Of a stretch of DNA of 64,000 bases, positions 10,923 to 20,501 are shown piece after piece; the stretch's first letter is position 1, and each line of letters begins with the position of its first letter. The notes under the pieces were generated by a model. The model was not told the DNA's origin, searched no databases, and saw only the letters and a program-made list of their open reading frames with translations. The DNA is taken from assembly GCA_964385255.1 (NCBI GenBank), contig CAYLOH010000003.1, positions 16,424-80,423 on the forward strand. Reading direction: 5' to 3'. The stretch comes from an uncultured Rubrivirga sp. (GTDB lineage: Bacteria > Actinomycetota > Actinomycetes > S36-B12). Both the position numbers and the translations under genes were made by a program.

Positions 10923-12341
10923 GTGCACGTGTCGAGCCCATCGAAAGTCGTGATCATCGGCGACGGCCCCGGAGGGTACGAGGGGGCACTGGTTGCCCGC
11001 CAACTCGGTGCTCAGGTCACGCTCGTCAGTGCCAGTGGCATCGGTGGCTCGGCGGTTTTGACCGACTGCGTGCCCAGCAAGACCCTGATCGCCACGGCCG
11101 ATGCCATTGACGAGGCCGCCGCCTCCGGCTATCTGGGGGTGCGCATCAACGGCCACCCAGCGGACAAGGCCGACTTCAGCGTCGATCTGGCAACGGTGAA
11201 CACCCGGGTGATGGAGCTGGCACGCGCGCAAAGCAGCGGCATCCATGCCTCGCTCGACGAAGCCGGAGTGCAGATAGTCCGTGGGCGCGGGCGGTTGACC
11301 GACGTCGACGTCGTCACCGTCGATACCACCGAGGAAGAACTCGACCTTCCCGCCGATTTCATTCTCCTTGCGACCGGAGCCCGACCACGCGTACTCCCCG
11401 AGGCGATGCCCGACGGAGAGCGCATCCTCACCTGGGAGCAGGTGTACGACCTCACCGAACTTCCCCACCACCTGATCGTCGTCGGCTCAGGCGTCACGGG
11501 GGCGGAGTTCGCCAGCGCATTCCACGCCCTCGGCAGCAAGGTCACACTCGTTTCCTCGCGCGATCAAGTACTCCCCGGCGAGGACGCTGACGCAGCACGC
11601 GTACTCGAGGAGGTCTTCGAACGTCGGGGACTAAGGGTCAAGGCCAAGACACGGGCACTGAAGGTTGAACGCGGCGACGACGCCGTCACCGTCACGCTGA
11701 ACGATGGCTCGGCCATCACCGGCAGCCATGTACTGATGGCAGTCGGCTCCCTGCCGAACACCGAGAACCTCGGACTCGACCATGCTGGTGTCAAGACGGA
11801 TGAGCGCGGTTTCATCGAGGTCGATCGCGTTTCTCGAACCAGCGCTCGTCACATCTACGCCGCAGGAGACTGCACCGGCGTGAACATGCTCGCCTCGGTT
11901 GCGGCCATGCAAGGGCGCATCGCGATGTACCACGCGTTGGGTGATGCCGTCTCGCCGCTGGACTCGAATGCCATCTCCAGCACGATCTTCACCGAGCCGG
12001 AAATCGCCACCGTGGGTCTGCAGGCACGCGATCTGGAGGAGGGGGAGTTTCGAGGTGAGCAGATCACCTTGCCGCTGCGCACGAACGCGCGCGCCAAGAT
12101 GCACGGCCACCGTGACGGCTTCGTCAAGATCTTCGCCCGTAAGGGGTCGCACATCGTCGCCGGTGGGGTGATTGTCGCCCCGAACGCCAGCGAACTCATC
12201 CACTCGATCACCCTCGCGGTGGACAACCGACTCACCGTCGACCAGCTCGCCCACGCGTTCACGGTCTACCCGAGTCTGTCGGGTTCCATCGCCGAGGCCG
12301 CACGCCGCCTGCACACAGCACCCCTTCACCCAGCGCAGTAA
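10923..12341 (+). CDS. lpdA: flavoprotein disulfide reductase family, LpdA-type NAD(P)H quinone reductase
   Basis: FAD motif VIIGDGPGGYEGA, NAD motif VVGSGVTGAEFA, and AAGDCTG. Only one Cys in the redox-disulfide position (SAVLTDCVPSK), as I recall for mycobacterial LpdA. Confidence 0.82.
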   Translation: MHVSSPSKVVIIGDGPGGYEGALVARQLGAQVTLVSASGIGGSAVLTDCVPSKTLIATADAIDEAAASGYLGVRINGHPADKADFSVDLATVNTRVMELARAQSSGIHASLDEAGVQIVRGRGRLTDVDVVTVDTTEEELDLPADFILLATGARPRVLPEAMPDGERILTWEQVYDLTELPHHLIVVGSGVTGAEFASAFHALGSKVTLVSSRDQVLPGEDADAARVLEEVFERRGLRVKAKTRALKVERGDDAVTVTLNDGSAITGSHVLMAVGSLPNTENLGLDHAGVKTDERGFIEVDRVSRTSARHIYAAGDCTGVNMLASVAAMQGRIAMYHALGDAVSPLDSNAISSTIFTEPEIATVGLQARDLEEGEFRGEQITLPLRTNARAKMHGHRDGFVKIFARKGSHIVAGGVIVAPNASELIHSITLAVDNRLTVDQLAHAFTVYPSLSGSIAEAARRLHTAPLHPAQ

Positions 12342-12350
12342 GTTTCCCGG

Positions 12351-13172
12351 GTGACGAACTCCGCCGACAACGAGACCACCCAAGCCGCGAACGACGCTGC
12401 GAAGCAAGCCGCGGCCACCCTGAAGGCCATCACGAACATCCAGCACCACGACGTCGCGGTGGTCTTGGGCTCGGGCTGGGTCCCCGCAGCCGAACTCCTC
12501 GGCACCACCACCGCCGAGTTCCCCGTCACCGACCTCCCCGGCTTCGCTCCCCCGGCGGTCGCAGGTCATGCCGGGCGTTTTCGCAGTATCGATGCCGACG
12601 GCACGCGCGTCCTCGCCTTCATGGGGCGAACGCACCTCTACGAAGAACGCGGCGTCGACGCCGTGACCCACGCCGTGCGCACCGCGCACTTCGCCGGCTG
12701 CGGAACGGTCATCCTGACCAACGGCTGCGGTGGCCTGGACCCCGCGTGGTCCCCAGGCACACCGGTTCTGATCAAGGACCACATAAACCTGACGGGCACC
12801 AGCCCACTGCACGGTGCGCACTTCGTGGACCTCACGAATCTCTACAGCGAGCGTCTTCGCCAGATGTGCAAGGAGATCGAGCCGAGCCTGCCCGAGGGCG
12901 TGTACTGCCAATTCCGTGGACCGATGTATGAAACCCCGGCCGAGATCGGCATGGTCAAGGCGATCGGCGGCACTCTGGTGGGCATGAGCACGGCACTTGA
13001 GGCGATCGTGGCACGCAGCCTGGGTATGGAGATCCTGGGCATCTCGCTGGTCACCAACGCCGCCGCCGGCATGACCGGTGAGCCCCTCAATCACGAGGAG
13101 GTTCTGGCAGCAGGTCAAGCCGCCGCGACTCGGATGGGCGACCTCCTTGCCCGCGTGATCCGAGGCATGTGA
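12351..13172 (+). CDS. punA: purine nucleoside phosphorylase (trimeric type)
   Basis: GHAGRFRS, MGRTHLYE, VGMSTALE. Confidence 0.9.
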   Translation: MTNSADNETTQAANDAAKQAAATLKAITNIQHHDVAVVLGSGWVPAAELLGTTTAEFPVTDLPGFAPPAVAGHAGRFRSIDADGTRVLAFMGRTHLYEERGVDAVTHAVRTAHFAGCGTVILTNGCGGLDPAWSPGTPVLIKDHINLTGTSPLHGAHFVDLTNLYSERLRQMCKEIEPSLPEGVYCQFRGPMYETPAEIGMVKAIGGTLVGMSTALEAIVARSLGMEILGISLVTNAAAGMTGEPLNHEEVLAAGQAAATRMGDLLARVIRGM

Positions 13173-13182
13173 CGCTCTGCAT

Positions 13183-14820
13183 ATGCAGCCTGGTCTACGC
13201 GAACAAGCCGAGCGCTGGCTCGCGCAAGATCCCGATCCCCGTACCAGGGACGAACTTCAGCGACTGATCGAAACGAACGACGACGAACTGACCGACTGCT
13301 TCGCCTCACGGCTTCAATTCGGCACCGCGGGCCTGCGCGGAAGACTCGGACCCGGTCCCAACCGGATGAATCGCGTGGTGGTGATGCAAGCGGCAGCGGG
13401 CCTGGCGAGTTATCTCAAGCAGCATCACCCGCATGGGGCGTCGATCGTGATCGGATACGACGCTCGGCACAACTCCGATGTGTTCGCCCGGGACACCGCG
13501 GCCATCATGCAAGGCGCCGGAGTAAACGCGCTCGTGCTGCCGAAACCCCTGCCTACACCCGTCTTGGCCTACGCGATCAGGCACCTCGGTGCTTCCGCGG
13601 GAGTGATGGTCACCGCGAGCCACAACCCACCCCAGGACAACGGCTACAAGGTCTACCTTGACGACGGTTGCCAGATCATTCCCCCTGCCGACGCTGACAT
13701 CGCCGCCGAGATCGAACGCATCGCGGACTCCATGGGCGTCCAGGATTTGGCCACGGACGACGAATGGGTAACCCTCGGCGACGACGTACTGCAGGACTAC
13801 ATCACCCGCGCGATCGAAAACATCACCGTCGAGCAGTGCGCCAACAACAACCACCTCACCGCCGTCATCACGCCGATGCACGGCGTGGGCGGCCCCACTC
13901 TCCACGAAGTCCTGGTCCGCGCCGGCTTTCCCGCACCGATCCACGTGTCTGAACAGTTCGAACCGGATCCGGACTTCCCCACCGTCGCATTCCCCAACCC
14001 CGAGGAGCCCGGCGCGATGGACCTAGCGCTGGTCACGGCGGCGCAGCACGAACCCGACATCGTCATCGCCAACGATCCCGACGCCGACCGCTGCGCCATC
14101 GCGATTCCCTCATCCGAGGGCTACCGGATGCTCACCGGAGACGAAGTCGGGTCTCTCCTCGGCTGGTGGGCCACCCGGCAGACGGCGGACAGCACCGTCC
14201 TCGCCCAATCGATCGTTTCGGGCACCATGCTCAAGGCGATCGCGCAATCGGCCGGACTCAGGTACGAGCACACACTCACCGGCTTCAAGTGGATCGGGCG
14301 CATCCCCGGCCTGCGCTTCGGGTACGAAGAAGCACTCGGCTACTGCGTGGATCCGCAGGCGGTGAGCGACAAGGACGGCATCACCGCAGCCCTCACAGTC
14401 GCCACACTCGCCGCCCATCTCAAGGCGAAGAATCAGACGTTGCAGGACAAGCTCGACGATCTAGCGCGCGAACACGGCGTGCACGCCACCACGCAGGTAT
14501 CGGTGCGCGTCACCGACCTGGCCCACATCGCGGAAGTGATGTCCACTCTGCGAGAGCAACCTCCCACCACCATCGGTGGTCTCACGGTTCGCCGCTTCAT
14601 CGACCTCCAGCAAGGCACCGAACTACCACCCACGGACGGTTTGCTCTTCGAGTTGGAGGGCAACGCCCGCGTGATCATCCGCCCCAGCGGCACCGAACCC
14701 AAGGTCAAGGCCTACCTGCAGGCAGTGGTCCCGGTCACCGCAGACCTCAGGTCAGCAAGCGAACAAGCCGACCGGCAGATCGAGGCTCTCACCACGGCAG
14801 TCCGCGCGTGGCTCGACTGA
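13183..14820 (+). CDS. phospho-sugar mutase (alpha-D-phosphohexomutase family, PmmB-like; probable pentose-phosphate mutase role)
   Basis: TASHNPPQDNGYKVY phosphoserine loop and NDPDADRCA metal site. Located between punA and deoC. Confidence 0.88.
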   Translation: MQPGLREQAERWLAQDPDPRTRDELQRLIETNDDELTDCFASRLQFGTAGLRGRLGPGPNRMNRVVVMQAAAGLASYLKQHHPHGASIVIGYDARHNSDVFARDTAAIMQGAGVNALVLPKPLPTPVLAYAIRHLGASAGVMVTASHNPPQDNGYKVYLDDGCQIIPPADADIAAEIERIADSMGVQDLATDDEWVTLGDDVLQDYITRAIENITVEQCANNNHLTAVITPMHGVGGPTLHEVLVRAGFPAPIHVSEQFEPDPDFPTVAFPNPEEPGAMDLALVTAAQHEPDIVIANDPDADRCAIAIPSSEGYRMLTGDEVGSLLGWWATRQTADSTVLAQSIVSGTMLKAIAQSAGLRYEHTLTGFKWIGRIPGLRFGYEEALGYCVDPQAVSDKDGITAALTVATLAAHLKAKNQTLQDKLDDLAREHGVHATTQVSVRVTDLAHIAEVMSTLREQPPTTIGGLTVRRFIDLQQGTELPPTDGLLFELEGNARVIIRPSGTEPKVKAYLQAVVPVTADLRSASEQADRQIEALTTAVRAWLD

Positions 14821-14839
14821 CACCCAATACCCTTCCCTC

Positions 14840-15781
14840 GTGAGCCTGCTTCCCACCCGCCCCCTCACAGACACGTCCTCAGAGGGTCTGAAGGCGTACC
14901 TCATAGGGCTTGCTGGCGTGGATCAGGTGGGCCTGGAGGCCCGCGCCGCCACCTTGGCGACCCGCTCCATCAAGAACGAATCCAAGGTCTGGGCGATCGA
15001 CACCGCGATATCGATGGTCGACCTCACCACCCTCGAAGGCATGGACACCCCCGGCAAGGTGAAGGCGATGTGCGCGAAGGCGCTGCGCCCAGACCCCACG
15101 GACACCTCCTGCCCGAGCGTGGCCGCGGTTTGCGTCTACGGCGACCTCGTCCCCACCGCACGCGAGGCAGTTGGCGATCGCATCCACGTGGCCGCCGTCG
15201 CCACCGCCTTCCCCAGCGGACGCGCGAGCATGGACGTCAAGCTGATGGACACCAAAGAGGCGGTTGCCGCCGGTGCCGACGAGATAGACATGGTCATCGA
15301 TCGCGGCGCATTCTTGGCCGGCGACTACGCCAAGGTCTTCAACGAAATCGCCGCGATCAAGCAGGCCTGTGGCACGGCACACCTGAAGGTGATCCTGGAG
15401 ACCGGAGAACTCAAGACCTACGACAACGTCCGCCGCGCTAGTTGGCTTGCTATGGAAGCTGGCGCGGACTTCATCAAGACCTCCACCGGCAAGGTCTCCC
15501 CCGCCGCGACTCTCCCGGTCACCCTCCTCATGCTGGAAGCGGTGCGTGACTTCGCGGCGAAGACCGGTACCAAGGTTGGCGTCAAAGCCGCCGGGGGGAT
15601 CCGCACGAGCAAGGACGCCATCAAGTACCTGGTCCTGGTAAACGAGACGGTCGGCGGGGACTGGCTCACCCCGGACCTATTCCGTTTCGGAGCGTCCACG
15701 TTGCTCAATGATCTGCTCCAGCAGCGCCAACGCATGCGCGATGGCCACTACTCCGGTCCCGACTACGTGACGATCGACTAG
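14840..15781 (+). CDS. deoC: deoxyribose-phosphate aldolase (long form)
   Basis: ADEIDMVIDRG and FIKTSTGK (Schiff-base Lys). 313 aa. Confidence 0.9.
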   Translation: MSLLPTRPLTDTSSEGLKAYLIGLAGVDQVGLEARAATLATRSIKNESKVWAIDTAISMVDLTTLEGMDTPGKVKAMCAKALRPDPTDTSCPSVAAVCVYGDLVPTAREAVGDRIHVAAVATAFPSGRASMDVKLMDTKEAVAAGADEIDMVIDRGAFLAGDYAKVFNEIAAIKQACGTAHLKVILETGELKTYDNVRRASWLAMEAGADFIKTSTGKVSPAATLPVTLLMLEAVRDFAAKTGTKVGVKAAGGIRTSKDAIKYLVLVNETVGGDWLTPDLFRFGASTLLNDLLQQRQRMRDGHYSGPDYVTID

Positions 15782-15796
15782 GGAAGAGCGCGACAC

Positions 15797-17242
15797 ATGA
15801 CCTTCGACTACGCACCTGCACCGGAGTCTCGCTCGGTGGTGGACATCGATTCGAGCTACGGGCTATTCATCGGTGGGAAGTTCGTCGAGCCCAAGAGCGG
15901 TGCGTTCTTCAAGACGATCAACCCCGCCACCGAGGAAGTTCTCAGTGAGGTTGCCGAAGCCGGACAGGCCGATGTGGATGCCGCCGTGGCCGCCGCTCGC
16001 AAGGCGTACGACAAGACGTGGTCCAAGATGTCGGGTAAGGACCGCGCGAAGTACATCTTCCGCATCGCACGCATCATCCAAGAGCGCTCGCGCGAACTTG
16101 CGGTGCTGGAGACTCTCGACAACGGCAAGCCGATCCGTGAGTCACGTGACGTGGATGTTCCGCTGGTAGCGGCGCACTTCTTCTATCACGCAGGCTGGGC
16201 CGACAAGCTCGAGTTCGCGGGGTACGGACCGGATCCGAAGTCTCTTGGCGTTGCCGCGCAGGTGATCCCGTGGAACTTCCCGCTGTTGATGCTGGCCTGG
16301 AAGATCGCGCCGGCGCTGGCATGCGGCAACACGGTTGTCCTCAAGCCCGCCGAGACCACACCGCTCACCGCACTCGCGTTCGCAGATATCTGCCAACAGG
16401 CCGATCTGCCCCCCGGCGTGGTCAACATCATCACCGGTGCGGGTGAGACGGGACGGATGCTCGTAGAGCACCCGGATGTGAACAAGGTTGCCTTCACGGG
16501 ATCAACCGACGTGGGCAAGGCGATCCAACGCGCCGTGGCAGGTACCAACAAGAAGCTCACCCTGGAACTCGGTGGCAAGGCTGCGAACATCGTCTTCGAC
16601 GACGCGCCCATCGACCAGGCCATCGAGGGCATCGTCAACGGCATCTACTTCAACCAAGGGCACGTCTGCTGCGCGGGAAGCCGCCTGCTCCTGCAGGAAT
16701 CGATCGCCGAGGAAGCCCTGCACTCTCTCAAGCGCAGGCTCCAGACGCTGCGCCTGGGTGACCCGATGGACAAGAACACAGATATCGGCGCCATCAACTC
16801 CCGGGCGCAACTAAGCAAGATCGAGGAACTCACCAAGTCAGGCGAGGACGAGGGCGCGCAGCGCTGGAGCCCTGCATGCCCGATTCCCGATAAGGGCTTC
16901 TGGTTCCCGCCCACGGTCTTCACGAATGTCACGCAGGCGCACCGCATTGCGCGCGAGGAGATCTTCGGGCCGGTGCTGTCGGTCCTCACCTTCCGCACAC
17001 CGGAGGAAGCAGTCGAGAAGGCGAACAACACCCCCTTTGGATTGTCAGCCGGCATCTGGACCGAGAAGGGCAGCCGCATCCTGTGGATGGCGGACAAACT
17101 CCGAGCTGGAGTCATCTGGGCGAATACCTTCAACCGGTTCGACCCGACGAGCCCGTTCGGCGGTTTCAAGGAGTCGGGCTTCGGCCGAGAGGGCGGGATC
17201 GCCGGCCTGGGCGCTTACCTCGATACGGAGGACAAGTCATGA
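15797..17242 (+). CDS. NAD(P)-dependent aldehyde dehydrogenase
   Basis: 481 aa with the full motif set: FTGSTDVGK, LELGGKA, FNQGHVCCAGSR (catalytic Cys), EEIFGPV. Confidence 0.9.
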   Translation: MTFDYAPAPESRSVVDIDSSYGLFIGGKFVEPKSGAFFKTINPATEEVLSEVAEAGQADVDAAVAAARKAYDKTWSKMSGKDRAKYIFRIARIIQERSRELAVLETLDNGKPIRESRDVDVPLVAAHFFYHAGWADKLEFAGYGPDPKSLGVAAQVIPWNFPLLMLAWKIAPALACGNTVVLKPAETTPLTALAFADICQQADLPPGVVNIITGAGETGRMLVEHPDVNKVAFTGSTDVGKAIQRAVAGTNKKLTLELGGKAANIVFDDAPIDQAIEGIVNGIYFNQGHVCCAGSRLLLQESIAEEALHSLKRRLQTLRLGDPMDKNTDIGAINSRAQLSKIEELTKSGEDEGAQRWSPACPIPDKGFWFPPTVFTNVTQAHRIAREEIFGPVLSVLTFRTPEEAVEKANNTPFGLSAGIWTEKGSRILWMADKLRAGVIWANTFNRFDPTSPFGGFKESGFGREGGIAGLGAYLDTEDKS

Positions 17243-18102
17243 GCAGAGTCGAGGTCCGCAAGACCCACAAACTATTTGTCGGCGGCGCGTTTCCGCGCAG
17301 TGAATCCGGTCGCACCTACGAGGTGACCGACGCGAACGGTCAATTCATTGCGAACGTCGCCCAGGCCAGTCGAAAAGACGCACGCGACGCCGTCCTTGCA
17401 GCCCGAGCCGCATTCGCCAAGTGGTCCGCCGCCACCGCGTACAACCGCGGTCAGGTTCTTTACCGGATCGCTGAGGTGATGGAAGGTCGCCGCGATCAGT
17501 TCATCGCCGAAATAGAACAGGGCGAGGGTGTCTCCACCAAGAAGGCGACCCAGCAACTCGATGCTTCTATCGACCGCTGGGTCTGGTACGCCGGATGGGC
17601 GGACAAGTACGCCCAAGTGCTCGGAACCTCCAATCCGGTCGCCGGCCCCTACTTCGACTTCTCCATTCCCGAACCCACAGGTGTGGTCGCCGCAGTCGCC
17701 CCACAAGACCACAGCCTCCTGGGACTGACCAGCGTCATCGCGCCAATCATCGTCGCGGGCAACGCATGTGTAGTGATGCCCAGTCCCTCGCACCCCATCC
17801 CGGCCATCACCCTCGCCGAATGCCTTGCCACCTCCGACGTTCCCGGTGGCGTGGTCAACATCCTCACCGGGGCACCCGCAGAAGTCATGCCCTGGCTAGC
17901 CGAACACGCGGACGTCAATGCCCTGGACCTCACCGGCATCGTCGACGACTCCGTCGCAGCCGACCTCGAAGGCCAGGCTGCCGGGACGGTCAAGCGCGTT
18001 CTCCGACCGAAGCCGCAGGCTGATTGGTCCGCAACGCCCACGCTGTCCCGCATTCGTCAGTTCACAGAGATCAAGACCGTCTGGCATCCATTAGGGACCT
18101 GA
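17239..18102 (+). CDS. aldehyde dehydrogenase-like protein lacking the catalytic domain
   Basis: 287 aa. ATGA overlap with the upstream ALDH stop; GGAGGA lies 7 nt upstream. The N-terminal NAD-binding domain is ALDH-like (KLFVGGAF, AVAPQDHSLLGL, GNACVVMPSP, GGVVNILTG). There is no ELGG Glu and no catalytic Cys. The C-terminus FTEIKTVWHPLG resembles ALDH tails. Confidence 0.75.
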   Translation: MSRVEVRKTHKLFVGGAFPRSESGRTYEVTDANGQFIANVAQASRKDARDAVLAARAAFAKWSAATAYNRGQVLYRIAEVMEGRRDQFIAEIEQGEGVSTKKATQQLDASIDRWVWYAGWADKYAQVLGTSNPVAGPYFDFSIPEPTGVVAAVAPQDHSLLGLTSVIAPIIVAGNACVVMPSPSHPIPAITLAECLATSDVPGGVVNILTGAPAEVMPWLAEHADVNALDLTGIVDDSVAADLEGQAAGTVKRVLRPKPQADWSATPTLSRIRQFTEIKTVWHPLGT

Positions 18103-18142
18103 AACGCGGCGAAAGTCACCGATCTGCCCCTAGGGTGCAGCA

Positions 18143-18808
18143 ATGACGACACGACGGGTGTACGCCATCGCCGCCGGAATCACCTGGTTCGGCCTGGCAC
18201 TGGGGATGGTGCTGACGGTCTTCAACATCTACCCGCCCGTGGATGTCCAACCCAACACGCTCGGGGTCAATGCCGACGGCGTGGCCGGGTTGTTCGGTCG
18301 GGTGGTGGATTCGCTCAGCTACTTCACGAACCTGAGCAATGTCCTCGTGGCCGTGGTGTTGACGATGCTGGCACGAGATCCCGATCGCGGTGGCCCGGTA
18401 TGGCATGCAGTGCGGATGGATTCACTCGTCATGATCTCGATCACCGGGTTGATCTACGCGATCGTTCTGGCACCCGACGCTCAGGTGGAGGGCTTGGACA
18501 TCATCGTCAACGCGATCAAGCACTACATCGTGCCCATCATGACGGTGTTCCTCTGGCTGCTCGTGGGTCCACGACGACAACTCACCCTCGCATCGGTCTT
18601 CACCGCCCTCGTCATCCCCATCACCTGGGCGATCTACACACTCGTTCGAGGTGAGTTCATTGCGGCCTATCCCTATGGCTTCTTGAACGTCATCGCTTAC
18701 GGACTGCCCGCGGTGCTGACGAACATCGCCGGCGTGGCGGCACTGGGCGTCGTTCTAGGTCTGCTCTTCTGGGCAGTAGATCGGTTGCTGTCTCTACGTC
18801 AGAAGTAG
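18143..18808 (+). CDS. integral membrane protein (Pr6Pr/FAR-17a-AIG1-like)
   Basis: 221 aa with about 6 hydrophobic helices. The family call is from overall pattern only. Confidence 0.55.
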   Translation: MTTRRVYAIAAGITWFGLALGMVLTVFNIYPPVDVQPNTLGVNADGVAGLFGRVVDSLSYFTNLSNVLVAVVLTMLARDPDRGGPVWHAVRMDSLVMISITGLIYAIVLAPDAQVEGLDIIVNAIKHYIVPIMTVFLWLLVGPRRQLTLASVFTALVIPITWAIYTLVRGEFIAAYPYGFLNVIAYGLPAVLTNIAGVAALGVVLGLLFWAVDRLLSLRQK

Positions 18809-19410
18809 CGCACAACCACCATGGCGGTGAAGATCGCCAGGATGATGATCATCAGGTAGACGTCCACCCAGCCCTTCACCAGCGACTGGATTCTTGCTGT
18901 CGCCCGACCGAACCTGAGATTGCCGTCCAGAATGTTGACCCGGGTGATCGAGAAGAAGACCAATGTGGTCGTGACGGTGATCGTCAGACACCACGGGCAC
19001 AGCGCTCCGATCACGAAATATGACTGAAAGAAGAGCCAGTAGGCGAATGCGAAGCCAATTGAGTAGAAGGCCTGTGCGGTCAGCATGAACCAGCGCGGAA
19101 ACACGACGCCCCCAAGTGCCGCGATAGCCACGGTGATGACCACCGGTTCGCTGATCAAGCCGAGATAAGCGTTGGGAAAGCCCAGCAGGTTCGCCTGCCA
19201 CGTGACGCCGACCGTGCCGCACGAGATCTTGGCGCTGATATCGCAGCTGAAGACCGCGTTGGGGTTTGCCGCGAGGGTCAGGGCATCGACCGCTAGCACG
19301 AAGGAGGCGATCAACCCAATGACCGAACCGACCAGCATCTCGACATAGGCACCCAGGTGGCGGCGTCTCGTCGGTACCTCGATGCCTCGCTGCTCGCCGG
19401 TGATGGTCAC
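18799..19410 (-). CDS. vitamin K epoxide reductase (VKOR) family protein
   Basis: Loop cysteines CDISAKISC, a CPWC redox motif in a TM helix, and about 5 TM segments. Confidence 0.8.
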   Translation of the reverse strand: MTITGEQRGIEVPTRRRHLGAYVEMLVGSVIGLIASFVLAVDALTLAANPNAVFSCDISAKISCGTVGVTWQANLLGFPNAYLGLISEPVVITVAIAALGGVVFPRWFMLTAQAFYSIGFAFAYWLFFQSYFVIGALCPWCLTITVTTTLVFFSITRVNILDGNLRFGRATARIQSLVKGWVDVYLMIIILAIFTAMVVVRYF

Positions 19411-20219
19411 GGGGAGACGGTAGCGAGGGCTCCACGGGCTGCGTTAGCGGCACCAGCTCCATAGCTTCCACCGAACAAGATCGCATGAACAAGGAGCGGG
19501 TACACCTGGTGCAGTGGAACGCGCGAAGCGTAGTTCGGATCTAGTGGCCACTCATGGTGGTAGGCCTCGAGAATGTCATCGAAGTACGGCAGTCCGAAGA
19601 GGGCGAGCATGGCCAGATCAGATTCGCGGTGGCCGCCATGGGCAGATGGATCGATCAGCACACAGTCTCGTCGTCGCCATAGAACGTTGCCGCTCCACAG
19701 ATCACCGTGCACCCGGGCGATGGGTTCAGCCGGTCCGATGAGGCGAGAGTCTTCGGTCTCGAGTGCATCGGCGAGTTCGGCGAGTACTGCGTACTCGGCA
19801 TGCGTGATCGAATGTGTGCTCAGCGCCTGGTCAGCCAGAGGTCGGACTCTCGCCTGGGCATAGAAGGCGCCGAAGGTCTCCCAGGTTCCCTCGGGTAGCG
19901 GGACGTCGGCGATGAAGGCTTGCGCGCAGTCCGGGGGAAGTTGCCCGAACGAGTCGGCTCCCGACTGGTGGGTGTGCGCTAGTTGGGCACCGAAGGTTCG
20001 GGCCGCTTGTTGTGAGGGTGGGGCGGTGGCGACGAAGTCGAGCGTCAGTCGGTCGGTGCCGACATCACGCACCCAGGGGACGGGGCAACCGTCGAACTCC
20101 TCGTGGGCGCGCCTCAGCCAGCTGAGGCCTGCTGCTTCGAACCGGTAGCTCTCACTCGTTGCCCCCGGGCGCTGCTTGATGAAGACCTCGCGGTCGTCAC
20201 GCCACCGTCGCCTGACCAA
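19407..20219 (-). CDS. fructosamine kinase family protein
   Basis: HGDLWSGNVLW catalytic loop and a kinase-like fold. The longest ORF begins with TTG; the N-terminus looks short, so the start is uncertain. Confidence 0.78.
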   Translation of the reverse strand: MVRRRWRDDREVFIKQRPGATSESYRFEAAGLSWLRRAHEEFDGCPVPWVRDVGTDRLTLDFVATAPPSQQAARTFGAQLAHTHQSGADSFGQLPPDCAQAFIADVPLPEGTWETFGAFYAQARVRPLADQALSTHSITHAEYAVLAELADALETEDSRLIGPAEPIARVHGDLWSGNVLWRRRDCVLIDPSAHGGHRESDLAMLALFGLPYFDDILEAYHHEWPLDPNYASRVPLHQVYPLLVHAILFGGSYGAGAANAARGALATVSP

Positions 20220-20222
20220 TGC

Positions 20223-20501
20223 CTAGGAGGCTTCGCGCTGATCCTGGTTGCGCTTGCGCAGGAAATAGATCGCCGCGGCGGTGGCGGTCAAGGCAATCGT
20301 GACCGCAATGACCACCGGCATAACACGGCGCGCTTCCTCGATCGCCTCTTCTGCGAGCATCAGGCCGTTGTCGGCGACACCCAGCACGGCGTCGGTGTTA
20401 TCGAGCGCATGGCGCACTTTGTCCAGCTGCTCACGCACGTCCTCGACTCGGGTGTGGGTATCGATGATCGCTTCCATGACGGCCACGTTGCCCTCCTTCA
20501 C
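20223..20501 (-). CDS. small C-tail-anchored membrane protein, unknown function
   Basis: 92 aa from the longest start. Helical acidic N-terminal part, then a single TM helix ([22 protein letters not shown]), then [11 protein letters not shown]. Possible starts: GTG 20501 (GTGA overlap with the add stop), GTG 20486 (5 nt after AAGGAGG) or ATG 20477. Confidence 0.5.
   Translation of the reverse strand: MKEGNVAVMEAIIDTHTRVEDVREQLDKVRHALDNTDAVLGVADNGLMLAEEAIEEARRVMPVVIAVTIALTATAAAIYFLRKRNQDQREAS

Noticed and set aside
10872-11471. N-terminal 200-codon extension of the GGCT-like ORF
   Set aside because: The extension is antisense to the lpdA-like gene and has no similarity to GGCT proteins. ATG 10871 gives a normal-length 146-aa protein.
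11631-13118. 495-aa minus-strand ORF
   Set aside because: It is entirely antisense to the well-supported lpdA-like and punA genes. It is G/R/D/H-rich with no motif, a classic stop-poor antisense frame in GC-rich genomes.
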